Positions 23,400 to 36,667 of a stretch of 64,000 nt of DNA are shown here, piece after piece. Origin of the DNA: Massalongia carnosa (taxonomy: Eukaryota); contig OZ287078.1 in NCBI GenBank assembly GCA_965645245.1, forward strand, positions 310,001-374,000. The letters are read 5' to 3'. Below the pieces are notes generated by a model. It was not told where the DNA came from and did not search any database. It saw only the letters and a program-made list of their open reading frames with translations. Position numbers and translations under genes: made by a program. The stretch's first letter is position 1. Each line of letters starts with the position of its first letter.

Positions 23400-24344
23400 T
23401 CAACCCAGCCATACTTTAACTCTTTTTGACTGCGCTTTCTTAAACCGAGGCATGCCACTCTCCCGCTTTCCCAAACCGAAGAGATCTTTTCCACCTCCCT
23501 CAGCTTCAGCATTCAGCCCGTTATCTGGAGGCTGTACAATGGCGTTCGAAGCCAAGTTCCCTTCATCGCTGGTTGATACTGAAGAACTATCTTTGAGGTT
23601 CGCAACGGACGGTGAATTGAAGAGCGTATCTTGATTATTGATGTTGTCGGCAGCCGGCTTTGTTGTAACGTCTGAAGGTTGAAATTCGAGGAACTGAGGG
23701 TCTGCACTACTTTTAACATTGCTTTGTGGGTTACCTGAGGCTGGAGTCGGGGTGGTTTTATAGCCAGGAATACTGTCGGGGTCCTGGCCCCAAGTGCCAG
23801 GCGCACCCGGATCACCGTAGTAGTACCAGTACGGGTTTGGTACTTTCCTATTCCCTTTGTATCTTGTGAGTTCGCAAGGCGCTGCGCGAAGATTGAGGGG
23901 ATTGGGTATCGCATCTTATCTCATGGTTAACACGGTGGTCTGATCATAATGGCCCAAAGGATTATCTAACCAATCCGCCAAAGACAGTGGATGAGGCCAT
24001 ATTTGACCATGGGAATTTCTTGCGTCCATGCAAACTCTTGTTCGTATTTCGGAACAAGCTTTGGTTCATGAGGCATCCCGGGAATATTAAAGAAACCCGA
24101 TTGAACGGTGATGCGATAAATCCCGGAAGCGTCTGGCTTGACGTCAATCCAATCACCTCTGTCATCACAAATTGGTATGTCATTAACGTTGATGCAACCG
24201 GAAAAGATTCCCTAACCCCATAAGTTAAAAAGATGCAAAATAAAACCAATGAGATCGGAAACGCACGACAACTGTTCCCAGAGCAAGAGGTGTCCATGAG
24301 ATTAAAATAATCCAGACGGATAACAACTTCACCCTTAAGACCAT
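23400..24344 (-). CDS. Orphan secreted protein, 277 aa; 3 exons (24344-24267, 24211-23971, 23914-23400); not in the ORF track
   Basis: Signal peptide MVLRVKLLSVWIILISWTPLALG. GT-AG introns 24212-24266 and 23915-23970 with TTAAC branch sites give a stop-free 834-nt frame. Four Cys, low-complexity tail, basic C-terminus. Confidence 0.78.
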
Positions 24345-25813
24345 TGTGGAAACAGGAAGTGAATGATAGGATTTTTCTCTTTTCTTTAGCTAATGAAAAC
24401 CAGGATACAACAAGCCAAACAGGAATTGGGTATCAAACAAGTGCGATACTGCTGTAGATATATATCATGGTTGGTTCTAGGGCCTGGGAACATCCAGCCG
24501 GAGTGGTGGTTTCCTTCCGCTAGGAGAGCCAAAGCTTTATACCAATTAACATAACAACCCCGATATCCTCCAAGACCGAAACAAGCTAACTCTAGCCGTG
24601 TGAAAATTTGAGAAAGCAATGATGATCAGAAAGGTTTCGATTGAAGTCGTTGAAATTATTATACGCCTGATTCGAACTCAATGGTACCCTAAACCCATCC
24701 TCCCAGCAAATCCGGTTTTGCAGTTTCCCGCCTATTGTGTCTTTTTATTCTCTACTTTTAAGCAGAAGCACGATACGGTTTATGTTCCTTGTATAACACA
24801 CATGGCATTCAAGTTCGCCTTGGCCTAAGCTCCCTGCTTTGGTCCGCCCGTTTCCATTCCAATTGGGTCAGCTGCGCCTCGGTCGCTCCTAAGTGGTAAG
24901 GGGAACGGTACGGATTAGGCGTTGCGTTCGATGAACAAAACTAATCGTCCGGAGTGCATCATAGCTAACTCTAAGTAACGTATGATCTGCTCGACAGGAA
25001 GGCGTGAGAAGTCTTAAAGGGAACGAGACCCTGCCTCGCTACCACATTGCTCCGAAAGGCGGCTTCCTTTAACAGACTTGGCGTTTACGGCCCCGTTGGC
25101 CTCGACTTTCATTCCATATCAACTACAATATTGCTTAAATCCAAGATATGTTTTGCTTGATCAATTCTAGGAAATCACTGTACCAGACCAACGCAAAGAA
25201 CCGCTTGACTACATTGAATTTGATATGTTAAAACGGGCAATCGATATTACCGAAACCAGCTGACAAAGCAATTTATATCTACGTGGCGGTGGCAAATTTG
25301 TATGGAGTCAGAAATCGCATCGGAAGAGGGAACCGATGAGATGGACATGGAGGCTTCTGGAATCTCTGGTGGACGGGCATAAATAGGAGCAGTTTTACCC
25401 TATGTAGTGGTAGAAAGTCAATCGTTTCTCCCAGTTTGTTTTGCATGTGCAAAAACTCGTTTGTCGAACTAGTTATATCAATTGCCCAGTGCTACCGTTC
25501 CGCCTGTTGCAGTCACAGTGCCAACATGATATTTTATTCCACCATAATAACTTCTGACATAGAACAAATTCTTATCTTGATGTTTCATTTTTACGGCCAA
25601 GCTGGATACAGAGTGCCAAAACACCTCCGTAGATATATTGGTGTTCATGGCCCAGATCCATCACTATTGTTGATTCTCTCGCAACTGCTCTTATGAGAAC
25701 TCGCTCCCTAACTCCGAAGTGCATGACAGCTAATTCCTTCTGTATGTTAAAACAATTTGCGACAGGAACTATTATCAAGGCAAAAAATAACAATATTACA
25801 GACTTCGGTTTGG

Positions 25814-27040
25814 TCATGCTGGGTTCCAGCCATAAATGGGTGGATCAATAGAGAAGAGCAGGTTCCAAATTGCCAAGTCAGTAGCTCCATATCTTACATA
25901 CGAGACTTTTTTAACAATAAAGTGTTTGGCAGCCTGGGGGGTTGTCTCTCTGTTCCGACGAAGTATCGAGCCCACATGCCGGAGTGACAGAATAATCCAG
26001 AGACCGAGGACACAGCATAAGAAGTCCCTATCTTATAACCAAGGCGGTCTCCTGTCGCTGGTAATACACAGTTGACCAAACCCGGTGCACTGATTTTCAG
26101 AGCGACACCACCCATGGAGAAATAATATCGATATCACAACTGGCTGAGACAGGCTCCAACCGTAATGATTGGAAGACCTAAAGAAATTATTGCAGGCCAT
26201 CTAATGATTTCTGCATAAAAAACTTGGTTACCAAAGTCCTGAGAATGTCTTCTAGTCTGATGTGATTATACCTGAGATGACCTTGCCAACTATATGTAAT
26301 TTGAATGACATCATACCGTTGGGCTTTTTGCTCGTCGTTCTGCCTAGCTGCAAGATTCGCAATATTTAAAACAAGTCCATCGAACAGAGATTCGATCTAG
26401 ATTCACCACTACAATCTTCAAAATAACATTGAACACAACTCCAGTCTTGCCCCCAGCGACTTTAGAGTGCATAATCCATGGCTATTAACATAAGTTCGCA
26501 GCATATCAGCATGTAGCGTTATCAACTAGTATCCTTTAATGACGCTGTTAGATGTGAATAAGCTATTTTGTGGATTTGCGCCTGAATCAACAGCATAAAC
26601 TGTGATGCCCTAGCCTGCGCTTGCAAACAGACTATAAGACGGCAAAAGTTTGCCGGGCACAAAAGAAGAGGGAGAGGATACAAACGCTAAACCTGGGTCC
26701 ACGGGACTTTTCGTGATGATGCTATCCAAATTTGGTTTTTTGGAAGCGGTTCCTCTTTCCTACGAGACTATAAGGCTGCGTTGGCCTGAAGATTTTCTTA
26801 ATATAATTGGCTAGTACGAGATCTTCAGAGTCCGCAGCCCCGTTGAGCTCAATAGCAGTAACGCCTTCCATGTGGGTTAATTCATCGATTTACGTTTTCG
26901 TCAGGCTTGTGGTGAAGAGGTATATCTCGCAGTCAAACATGCTTCAAACACTCTCAGCGGTAATCATAAGCCTCAACACGTCGAGAATGACTAGATTTCT
27001 TTGTAAGTTCGCACAGTTCGCGGTCCAGATTATTTGAGTG
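25814..27040 (-). pseudogene. Subtilisin-like (S8) serine protease pseudogene
   Basis: Triad motifs in order: SAG*GITVYAVDSGAN (Asp near 26587), NSHGLC../SKVAGGKTGV (His near 26479), ISAPG..GTSYA (Ser near 26021), then C-terminal AIWN. Multiple stops and frameshifts; 5' boundary approximate. Confidence 0.75.
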
Positions 27041-29592
27041 CTGGTAATAACAGCACAGGGGTTTTCCTAACGGGTCTTCAAGCAGCGATGGTAATAGTGA
27101 TGCTGAAGAGCAATTTTCGCTCAGTAGCATTGGAGATGAGAGTCCTTATTTTTAGTGATTGATTGCAATTGTCAGTAATCACGGACTGGCTTAAAATGGA
27201 GCAGCGTTGCTCTCTCCACCCAGTAGGTCACTTATTCGCGTGGCAAGACCGTTTTAGGATCCTCTAGTGTCGGTGTGATGAACGGGTTTAGCGAAGCCAT
27301 TTGGGTTGAAGGGGATGGGACTAAGAAATCTTCCACCCCATCTACAGCATATCCAGTCGCATCGATCCTAAATTTTGTGCCTTCAATCGCACCTTCAACA
27401 AAGGAGCAAAATCAGCACTCCTCGTCGCGAGAAGAATTGAAAGGGGAATCGGTGCGAAGAAGAAAGAGATGAAAGCTATTGCCAAAGGACATGATCGAGC
27501 ATCTAGCCCGAAGACGTATTCAAGCCTTTTCAAGAGCTGCTTTCGAATCATTAAGAGCAAATTTTTTAACAAATACCGAACGGAACGCTAAAGCTAGCCA
27601 CGTACTACTCGGAAACATGAAAAGCAGTCATCACACGGGTGGAAAGGATGGATAGATGATTATCGCGGATGGATATCGACTTTGCAAAAAGGGGGAAATC
27701 TGATAACGTCGTTTATCAAAATAATCTTGAGTATAAAGAAACCCAAAGCAGTTAAATAGATAATCAAATCCATTTGAAATGGCCGGAAGCACACTTAACC
27801 TAGACGCATCACATGTCTCGTCTTTTTGGAAAGGAAGAGCCAGCCAATCACGATCACGCCTTGGTTCAGGAGGAGCGCGGGGTTTGTGATGAATGTCTGG
27901 TTCGGTGAGGGGCGGGTTTTGGTTGAGGGTCAAAAGATGTCGTACATTTCCTGACCATGATCACCCTCAGCATAACGTCTTCCCACCCAAACCAATATTG
28001 ATATGGTGCAGAACGTTCATTCCCTGTCTGAAGCATCCACTCCTTTAAGAAGTCGATCTCTGTTGGAATACTCGCTTAGCCCTGTAGGCAGCCCATGACT
28101 GCTATAAGCGGTCACCTCCGTAGCAACTTGTTCATGTAACAATCTCCGCTTCCGCAATTGGCTAGTCAGTTTAAACAAAACATACTTCCACCTACCCTCC
28201 TCTCCATTCCCCATCTCCGGCCCTTTCCCCTCCTCTCAGCCAATAGGCATATAAACAATACCTAACTCGTTACCTCACAGACGAAACGCATCAGAAGGTG
28301 AAACGGTGCAAAAAACTTCAGCCCATTCGTTTCATAGCAGATAGAGTATGACGAAGCTTTGCACACTTTCTCCGGGGGATCCGAGTTTGGTCGCTCGGTC
28401 GCTCGGTCGGTCAGAGGGTTTTTAACGCTTGGTGGCATTCGATTCGAGGTTATGCCATATTGTGTCTTGTTTCTTTCAAGGAATGATTGTTACAGAGGAT
28501 GTACCATTTTGCAAAAAGACGCGCTTGTTCTATTTTTAGCGTACGGACACTTGACGGCATCTCACCGCATCTGCTATCACCGCATCTGCGGGAGATACAG
28601 GTAAGTTTTTTCTGCACGTCCGGACGGGGGGGATGGGATAGTTTAGGGGACCCATGTTTTCATTGCGGTATACCTAGATGCCGTTTCATTTTCGCATACT
28701 TACCTATGCAACCCTGGTCTTAGGGGTAAAGTGGTCGCCAGAAGGCTGTTTGAAACAGGGTACTTGTGTATTTTACAGATAACTCTGTAACTAGATGAGG
28801 CTTAGAAGCAGATTGAAAATATCACCGGTAGTTACAATATGTACGGAGTAATTTGCAGGGAATTGGAGAATTTCCAGCCTTTGCTCAGCCGGCTACTACG
28901 CATCAGTTACCTTTTTCTAATCAACATCTGTCAGCCAGATTCTAGTCAACTTGCGCAGAACATCGGAAGCTCTCATCATAAATTTGGTAATTTGACAGCT
29001 AACTAATCCCAAATCTCCTAGTCAACTCTCCGGGGAAACCTACACGTTTTATATTTACATGGTCGAGTATTTACCTCCTTAAATATACTACCGGGCTCAA
29101 GTTAGTAACGACAGCAAGATGTTTTGCCGGAGAACCCTCTACAAAGGGCATGTCCTGTTGTTTTGTAGTAGCATTTGTTCCTCCATGGATAATCGGCTGT
29201 GCTACCCCCGGAGTCATCCAATTTGCAACCTACAACGTAATATTTCAGCTTCAGTGGGATAACTGTGCTGCGCCTTTTGAAATTGCAATCGAATCCTGAG
29301 CATGGGGAGCACAACTATTTCTGGCCCTCCTGGCCCCCATATTAACGGTCATGCCATCTGCTGACCGTTGTTTGCCGATCCTGATCATGATCCAAAACGT
29401 GTTTATCCGAAATTGGGAATCCAACATGAATGCTAGAACTTGTATATTAGTTGCCCCCCTGCTCTTTTTTATTGAAATGTTCTGTACATTTCCCTTCGTT
29501 GCGATTGCTGTATTCACGCTCCTTAAGTTGGGTTCACGATATCGATTTTTCTTAGTAGTGCCTTGTGATAAAACTGATCCCTTAGGTCGGCC

Positions 29593-30576
29593 ATGTTGCT
29601 TATTAATCCCCAATCATGTATTTTTCTTTTGTCAATCGTTTGCGCCATAGCATTAGCAAGGCCTAGCCCTCAAGATATCGTTGTTGTCACTGTTACCATG
29701 GAACGATACCAACCTCCAGTCACTACCGAACCTCCCGCTTCTGTAAATTCTCAGCCGAAACCCAACAATCCTGCAAAGACCATTTCTGCAGCTATCGAAG
29801 GTCCTCAAAAACCTTCTACCAAAGGTAGCTCGGCCTCAGTATCTAGCAAGCGGGGATTAGCTTATAACTCTTCGTCCCCTGCCTTGGACATGTTCACTTC
29901 ACATCCTAAAATCACCTGGGGCCATGATTGGAGTTCGGTCGACTTCCATATGCCTTCACAAATCGAGTTCGTCGCTACACTTACCGACCTTAGCCCTGAC
30001 GTCCTACCATACTGGGAAGCCAACGTCAAGACCGCGCTTGGGCGTGGATCTCCAGATATCAAGTATCTCATGTCTTTCAACGAGCCCGACCAACCCGGAA
30101 GCAAGGCCCTAATGGATGTTGGTTCCGCCGTGGCCGCCTACCAGCAGCACATGAACCACCACGCTAGCTCTACAGTCAAGCTTGGCTCGCCCAGCGTCAC
30201 CAACGGTATTGTCAACGGCATGGGCTTAGCCTTTCTGTCCAGCTTCCTCGAGGCATGCAACCCATGCACGGTGGATTTTGTTCCAGTACACTGGTATGGC
30301 TGCGACAACGGGTGCCCAGTGGATCAAGATGTCAAAATGTTCATCGATCAGATGACACAAGCAATGGAGGCTGCCAAGGGTAAGCCGGTTTGGATCCCGG
30401 AATTTGGGCGCATAGGGAGCATTGAGGAACAACAGGCCTTCCTGGAGAAGGTCTTGCCGTGGTTGGACGATCCAGCGCAGGCGCAGATCGAGAGATATTC
30501 GTACTTCATGGTGTGGGACGGATTTCTCACCACGGGCGGAGCGTTGAATCCGTTAGGGGTGACCTATGTTAGCTAG
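29593..30576 (+). CDS. Secreted GH128 (Asl1-like) beta-1,3-glucanase
   Basis: Signal peptide, Pro/Ser/Thr linker, KRGLAY, SFNEPD, LGSPSVTN, FVPVHWY, KPVWIPEFG, IERYSYF; intronless, 327 aa. Confidence 0.9.
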   Translation: MLLINPQSCIFLLSIVCAIALARPSPQDIVVVTVTMERYQPPVTTEPPASVNSQPKPNNPAKTISAAIEGPQKPSTKGSSASVSSKRGLAYNSSSPALDMFTSHPKITWGHDWSSVDFHMPSQIEFVATLTDLSPDVLPYWEANVKTALGRGSPDIKYLMSFNEPDQPGSKALMDVGSAVAAYQQHMNHHASSTVKLGSPSVTNGIVNGMGLAFLSSFLEACNPCTVDFVPVHWYGCDNGCPVDQDVKMFIDQMTQAMEAAKGKPVWIPEFGRIGSIEEQQAFLEKVLPWLDDPAQAQIERYSYFMVWDGFLTTGGALNPLGVTYVS

Positions 30577-31748
30577 TGCGAGGAGATGTCAGCCCAAGGT
30601 ACTCGGCAAGGTAGACTCGTGAAGGGTGGCTAATATATATCAGCGGGGGTCCTTGATTCACCTTCTATTTCAGAGGCTTGGAGACGCAGCTTTGACTTCC
30701 GATTTCACGAGCGCCAACGTAGAAGCTGGTGTTATTAACATTGCTTTGTCCCCATCCCCAATCAATATGCGCTCGGTGCATGCTGCGAATGCAATATACC
30801 CCTCATCCAACAGAAACAAAGATTTCCCCGCACGACGATGGTTCGAATGGGAATTTTGATCTCACTGAGCCAAGCGTTAAATATCTCGGCGCACTCCGTA
30901 CAGTCGTGAAGCTTCATTGTGTCTCTCCCTTTTTTCATCCGTAGTGTATTGTATTGTACAACGTCACACGGATGACGTACTGAATCTCGGACCAGGTTCC
31001 GAGACATACTGTGTATTAATCTTATCCTTAGTTAAGGTACACGGGCCATGTCAGTGGTCGACCATGACGAGGCAAATCCAGGGGTTCCCCAAAAGAAGCA
31101 CCGCACTAACCTCATCGAACTACATTCGCTTAGCTGCAGTCCCGTGAGCCGAGGAATTCACGCTTGATTGGAAACTGAACCCGGGCAGTTTGAACCGAAC
31201 ACAAAGGACCGCAAGGTCTGTGGTGCCGGCAACTCGATCGACAGGGCAAAGATGCAAAGATAACAACGGGGTCCAGGACCTTAATCTTAACGTAATGACG
31301 CTTTTTCTTTTAATCTGAGGTTTCAATGGCAGCCGATCGTCTCATTCGTCGCGGTCGTATCTCGCTGGACCAAACAGATCACACGAAAGATATTGCACGA
31401 TATTGCACGGCCATCCTGAATGTTGCTTGGACAGTTGAGGCAATCTGCAGGTGTATCACCAGTCCATGTGGCTTTGTCCTTTGGCATCCTCAGCTGGCCA
31501 TGAAGGGATCATGGTTGCCTTCTCAGGGCCTCTCAGAGCCTCTCACGGCTTCTCATGGCCTCTCAGGGATGGCTTCTGGTTTCGTACATATGCGGAGGAA
31601 AAACCCCGACCTTCAAGTCTTTGTTCATTCACTCTCAGTCTCAGCCCTCGCTCTTCTACCGGCAGTTCGTTTCTTCTCAACACTCCTTCATCACGTATTT
31701 AAACTTTTGACAAGTTCTCTTCTTAGATTCTCTCTTGCTCATTCCACC

Positions 31749-31806
31749 CTTCATACCTTCTTCACACCTTCACACCTTCACACCTTCATACCTTCGTACC
31801 TTCTTC
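31749..31806. repeat. Degenerate CTTCA(C/T)AC tandem repeat upstream of the 31885 gene
   Basis: cttcataccttcttcacaccttcacaccttcacaccttcataccttcgtaccttc read directly. Confidence 0.65.
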
Positions 31807-31884
31807 ATCCACACGTCGGTTTAAGACCTGAGTTCATTCACAAACATCACCATAACTTCCACAGCAAAGCTGCATACAGCCAAG

Positions 31885-32628
31885 ATGTTTGCACCAATTA
31901 TCCTCGCCGCTGTTTCGACTTTTTTGGCAATCACCTCAGTGGTTGCGAGCCCCGCGGCTCCAGTGCCTTTAAAATGTCATGAGGACAACTGCCTAAGGGG
32001 ATTACTTGATGGATCGCCTTCCGAGATATCCGAGTATTGTAGTGCACACCTCAGCACTAGCATCGCTCCGCTCATTAAAGCGGCGCTGGTCACCACCGCT
32101 GAGACGGTGACTCCGGCTTCCCAGACCATCACCGCGGCCGAGGCAACTGTCACGACATATCTGTGAGTAGCCGAACATACCCATGTAACTTCCTGTACTG
32201 ACCTGGCACAAAAGATCTACAGCGTATACTACAACCGTCACGACTGCACTAGACAAACGCGCGGTTGAGACCCCGACATACCCTGCCTTCGCCAGACACT
32301 GTTCAGACGTCGGAACCCTGGACAAAGCTGTGCGTCTTACAAGCGCTTGTTCTTGCCTCTTAGTCAACACGCCACCGGTGACCGCAATGACAAGCACTCG
32401 TACCTCGACAGTCGTGGCACCTACACTTGCTCCAGTAAGTTCACGAAACACTGCTGTCTAGGTACAAGGTGGCTCGGATCACATGACTAAATTTATTTCC
32501 CTTTGCAGGTCGTGACAGTCTTTCCTATCTCCACCGAGACCATCACTGTCTATACCACTACAGTTTGGGTCTATGTTAGCCAGCCGAAAGGCTGCAAAAC
32601 TATCCCTTGCACGGTTACGTCTAGCTAG
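31885..32628 (+). CDS. Small secreted Thr-rich protein with CxxDNCLR / SACSC motifs, 205 aa; 3 exons (31885-32162, 32215-32434, 32509-32628)
   Basis: Signal peptide MFAPIILAAVSTFLAITSVVA, CHEDNCLRGL..YCS, LDKR dibasic site, RLTSACSCL, canonical introns in phase. Confidence 0.8.
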
Positions 32629-34706
32629 ACCTCGGTTGGAAATTCGGGCGCATGTCTCAGCGATGTTTCTCCCCAGTTTCACGAGATGAATGAAACTAGA
32701 ACAGGGCTATTTTTAGCTACAAAGCTTTTCACCTTTCCATCTTTCAGAAAAGGCAAGAATCTTCTGCTAGCAGAAGAATTCGTTTGAAATACATTCTTAC
32801 ATTCCATGCAATTTCACTGTGATTCTTGTCGACTTAGTTCTTTTTTTTCCCAATTCATACTACAAACTGTAGGACTGTATCTGACAAGAAGCCAAGCATG
32901 ACGCCTCCCCTTCTATCCAGATAAAGGTGAATGCCAAAGGGCTGAGAGCTTTTTCTGGCTCTAAACTTCTTGCAAACATTTCTTCAAGCGAAAGGCGTAG
33001 GGAAAAGGGGGTTTTCTGAGACTTTTCCCTGAAGGCGATGGCTCAAGATCCCTTGCCCTATTTACACTCAAGTATTCGCTCGGTTTCGATCGTTGGGAGT
33101 CCCAAATCCTTTCAAATATTCGTTCTCGCTAGGGATATGGGTTTCAGACCTGTCTCGCTACTATGTTCCCTCCAATTTGTAAAATCACTAACGCACCATC
33201 GAGGATTTTCTCATCTTTTACCACAGCCCAGCCGCCTCACTGCGTATGTTATTACGTCAATCCCGAAAGAAGCAAATTCGCCCACATCGCGTGACCTCCA
33301 CTCCTACGCAAGCTCATCTTTCGAAGCTCGGCAGATAAAGATTTGCCAAAGGATTCACGAAGCTGCTGGCTCAGTGCGTTACAGAAGCAGCATCTTTAGT
33401 CTGCAGCTTCGGGAGATTCTATGGTTCTTCACGCACATTGGCGCGGTGATTTCCTACTGAATTTATCTGAACGCTCGTCGATTTTGCATATGGCTTGAGC
33501 GTTCCCAATCTGCGCACAAGGTAAAATACGCGATCTGGTGTGTCAGCCGACACGACTCGACTTGCTTTGGAAGAAATTCTCTCTCTCTAGAAGCTAGCTG
33601 CTCACACTGATCGATGCAAGACTTATCCGAATTCCGTCACTCTTTCGAGGTAGAACTTCATAGATGTCCGAGGGATTTCCGTGAGAGCAGCCCCGCGATG
33701 ACCTCCAGCCGAGTCGAGAAAATCTTGCCTGGATAGAGAGGCGTTTGGGTTTGCGTTTAAAGAGGGGCCAGTACTGCGTGGACTTTTTGGCGGCAGGAGG
33801 TTATAGTTTCTCGTTTCCTCACTAGCGGCTTGGTACAAAGATCTTAACCGTTCCAATTGGCGTAGGTAAAGGCACGTCACCACGAAGGTTAAGAAATATT
33901 TTTTCCCCCCTAATGCGTAGCGCTTCTCTGGGGGGGGTATATCTGCCTCGCAAAGGAACAGAGAGGTTCTGAAAACACTAGGCTCTTTCAGCCAGAGGAC
34001 ATGGTTGGATACATCTCCGAGGAGGTCAGCTTCGCTTGGCCTAGGCTGATATTGGGGAATACAAAGGACGATGGTAGATTCGTTGGCTACCTGAGTGTTC
34101 CCTACAGAATAAATCTCACAGACGTTTCCGATGAAACTTCTTCATGTGGAAACTTATTACCTAGCAGCTCTCTCAGGATTTTATCCCCCGCGCGCCCCCC
34201 AATTTTAATGAATAGGCAATAGATAAAATGTTTGCACATACAAAGCGTGCTTACTCGAGCTCGTGCCCCCTCAAAGCTCATCTTGCTTTTGATTTATTTC
34301 AGCAAGCGCACGGATGAAAACGCTAAGCGCATGAAGAGAAGGATTACGGAAAAAGGATACAGAGTACGTGAAGACCCTTTTTTTTTTTAGGTTTCCTGAA
34401 CCAAAACCTGCCGAGCGAAATCGAACGAAAAGAGATTGGTTGGCAAATCGGCAAGCTAACTAAGTCGTAGAGCCACCTAAATTCCATCTCAGCAACCCTC
34501 TTGTGGAGGAGTTCATGAGGTGTTTTCCCGTTGTGTTTGCCCCTTGTATATCCGTCCCGTCCTTGCCGAGTCCGCTTCCATGTTTCATCATGACTCTTTG
34601 ATTCATCTTTGATTCATGCGAAAACCCAGAAACGAGAAGAACTTTGTGGACTTGGGCTAAAACCCGCAGTTTGTTTTCGTGGAGTCTTTTCGACATTCTT
34701 GATTTA

Positions 34707-36647
34707 ATCGTGCTAGACCACTTTCGGAATGCAGAGAGCACCCCTCAGTGCTTACCGGCTCAAAGACGCTACCGGCTCAAAGACGCATTTTTCAACACCT
34801 CAACATTTAAAAAATCAGATCTTTATGAAAAGACGTCCAAATAGCTTCATTCCGGGTTCAAAATCCACGGCTCAGTCTGTTCTACTAACGGGCCCTGCCC
34901 TACAAAAATCGGACGTTGTCTAACTGGGTTGATAAGGCCTTTTTCCCCTTATTAGCCTTCCTTTGTTCCTTTCGTCTAGCCTTTCCTTCTTCTTTTTTTT
35001 GACGAATTGAACATAATTCTCTACATTGGCTGACTTTTATGACTCCACCCTTTGCAGCTACCTGACCCCCGAGAGCGGCTCGACTTTTACGCGATGTGGT
35101 GGCTTTTTGCACTTGCTGAAGGTCCCGCGTAGTCAAATCTAGGGTGTTGGCGGAGGTGATGGAGGCCCTAATAAATTTCTGAAAACCGTCCACTGTTTTT
35201 TTATTCATCCATCCACCGATCGGCCCGGCCGCGGTCAATGCCCTTTGCAATTTGTGACCGAATTTTCTGATTGATTCGGGGCCTCGAGGGGTGCGCTCAT
35301 GAAATTGAAGAGGTGGGGGGCTCGGGGTGTGGGGTTCATTCATAATTTCCAAGGCTGCAGCTTGCTTCTGACGAATGACGTCGAGTACCATGTTCGGATT
35401 GAATGGGACGATGCCGGTGGTCCTGAATGCATGGCGAATAGTAGATGATTTGAATGTCTTGTTGCGAAATTCCTGGAATGCGGCTAAAAATTCCAATTTT
35501 CCAAATTCCGTGTCTCCCATTCGTATCGCATGATCAATGGCCTCAGCATGATAGTGTTTGTACGGCTGAAAAACACCTACATCTAACGGCTGAGTTAAAT
35601 GAGTAGAATGTGCTGGAAGACGAAATAGAACGATCTGATTTTCAGTGGCCAGCTTCAAAAACGGAATGGTTGAATGAGACCCAAACCCGTCGATGACTAG
35701 AAGTAGCCAAGCTCCACGTCTTTTAGTCCGTGTATGCTCGATGAAATGACGAAGCCAATCCATGGCTAAATCGTCATTTGAATAGTCGGTCTCGCTGGTC
35801 CCAATCAACGTCTCTCCGTCGAGATCGTTGTGTTGACACCATTTATGAAGAATATGAATACCCGAAAGAATAAGTAATGGTGGAATAACGTCACCGGCCG
35901 AGCTGATACACTCTACAGAAGTAATTTAGTCACGATTATCCGGATCAGTCATACGAAGAGGCTTTCGTGGGTCCAAGGTGATTACTATATGAGCTCGTCC
36001 GCATCCAATTCGAAAGCCTGTTTCGTCCATATTCCATACATCCAGCTCCGTTATTCCCTTTTCTCTCATCACCCTTTCTAATTTGCTGAAATATTCAACC
36101 ATATCGTTAATGTCGTGACTATTGTTTCGATCTACTGCGAGAGGCTTCTGTTTTCGTACATGAAGCTCGGGATTTCGGTCAAGAAATCGCTTCAGCCACT
36201 GATGACCAAGAGTACGATTCTCAAAACGAATCAGATAATTTGCAGCCCCCACGATCAATTTGGGTCGCGCACACATGTTGGCCTTGTCCAATCGCTCGAT
36301 GTAGTCACGAACAGCTTGTTCTTGCTCATCTGTCAGAGTTTTGTTGGTACTAGGTCGACTGCTTTTGGAGTTGCCTCCATTCCATCGTTTTTGAACCGTA
36401 CGAGGGGCAACGTCAAAAGCTATAGCTGCAGCTCGACAATTAGTATACAAACCATCGTGTAACGCGTCAATTGCACTGGCAATTCGATCCTCGATAGCTG
36501 AATATGAATTGACCATTATGTGGTTGATTGTTGACGTGTCGAAGTTGAGGTGTAAAATGTTGAAAATGCGTCTTTGAGCCGGTAGCGTCTTTGAGCCGGT
36601 AAGCACTGAGGGGTGCTCTCTGCATTCCGAAAGTGGTCTAGCACGAT
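34707..36647 (-). mobile_element. Fot1/pogo-type DNA transposon (1941 bp)
   Basis: Perfect 85-bp TIRs (34707-34791 / 36563-36647), each with two tandem TACCGGCTCAAAGACGC; TA TSD at 34705-34706 and 36648-36649. Confidence 0.95.
34900..36516 (-). pseudogene. Pogo/Fot1 DDE transposase with one in-frame TAA at 35926-35928
   Basis: N-terminal HTH, WLKRFLDRNP, VWNMDETGF, LLVIDGFGSH, THLTQPLDVGVFQPYK. The two ORFs are in the same frame (DNRD*ITSVECIS). Confidence 0.92.
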
Positions 36648-36667
36648 TAGTCCTTTGTCTTTTCATC

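Noticed and set aside
23026..23914. ORFs 23026-23634 (+) and 23513-23914 (-)
   Set aside because: Antisense or off-frame to exon 3 of the spliced secreted-protein gene.
24660..24930. tRNA-like fragments (GTTCGAATC on the minus strand; AGTGGTAAGG)
   Set aside because: No T-stem or cloverleaf pairing.
25572..25817. Signal-peptide-like ORF MTKPKSVILLFFALIIVPVANC
   Set aside because: Its ATG overlaps the subtilase pseudogene stop, and no convincing downstream exons could be spliced.
29102..29314. Cys-rich 70-aa minus-strand ORF
   Set aside because: No ATG or signal peptide, an in-frame stop immediately upstream, and it lies in the GH128 upstream region.
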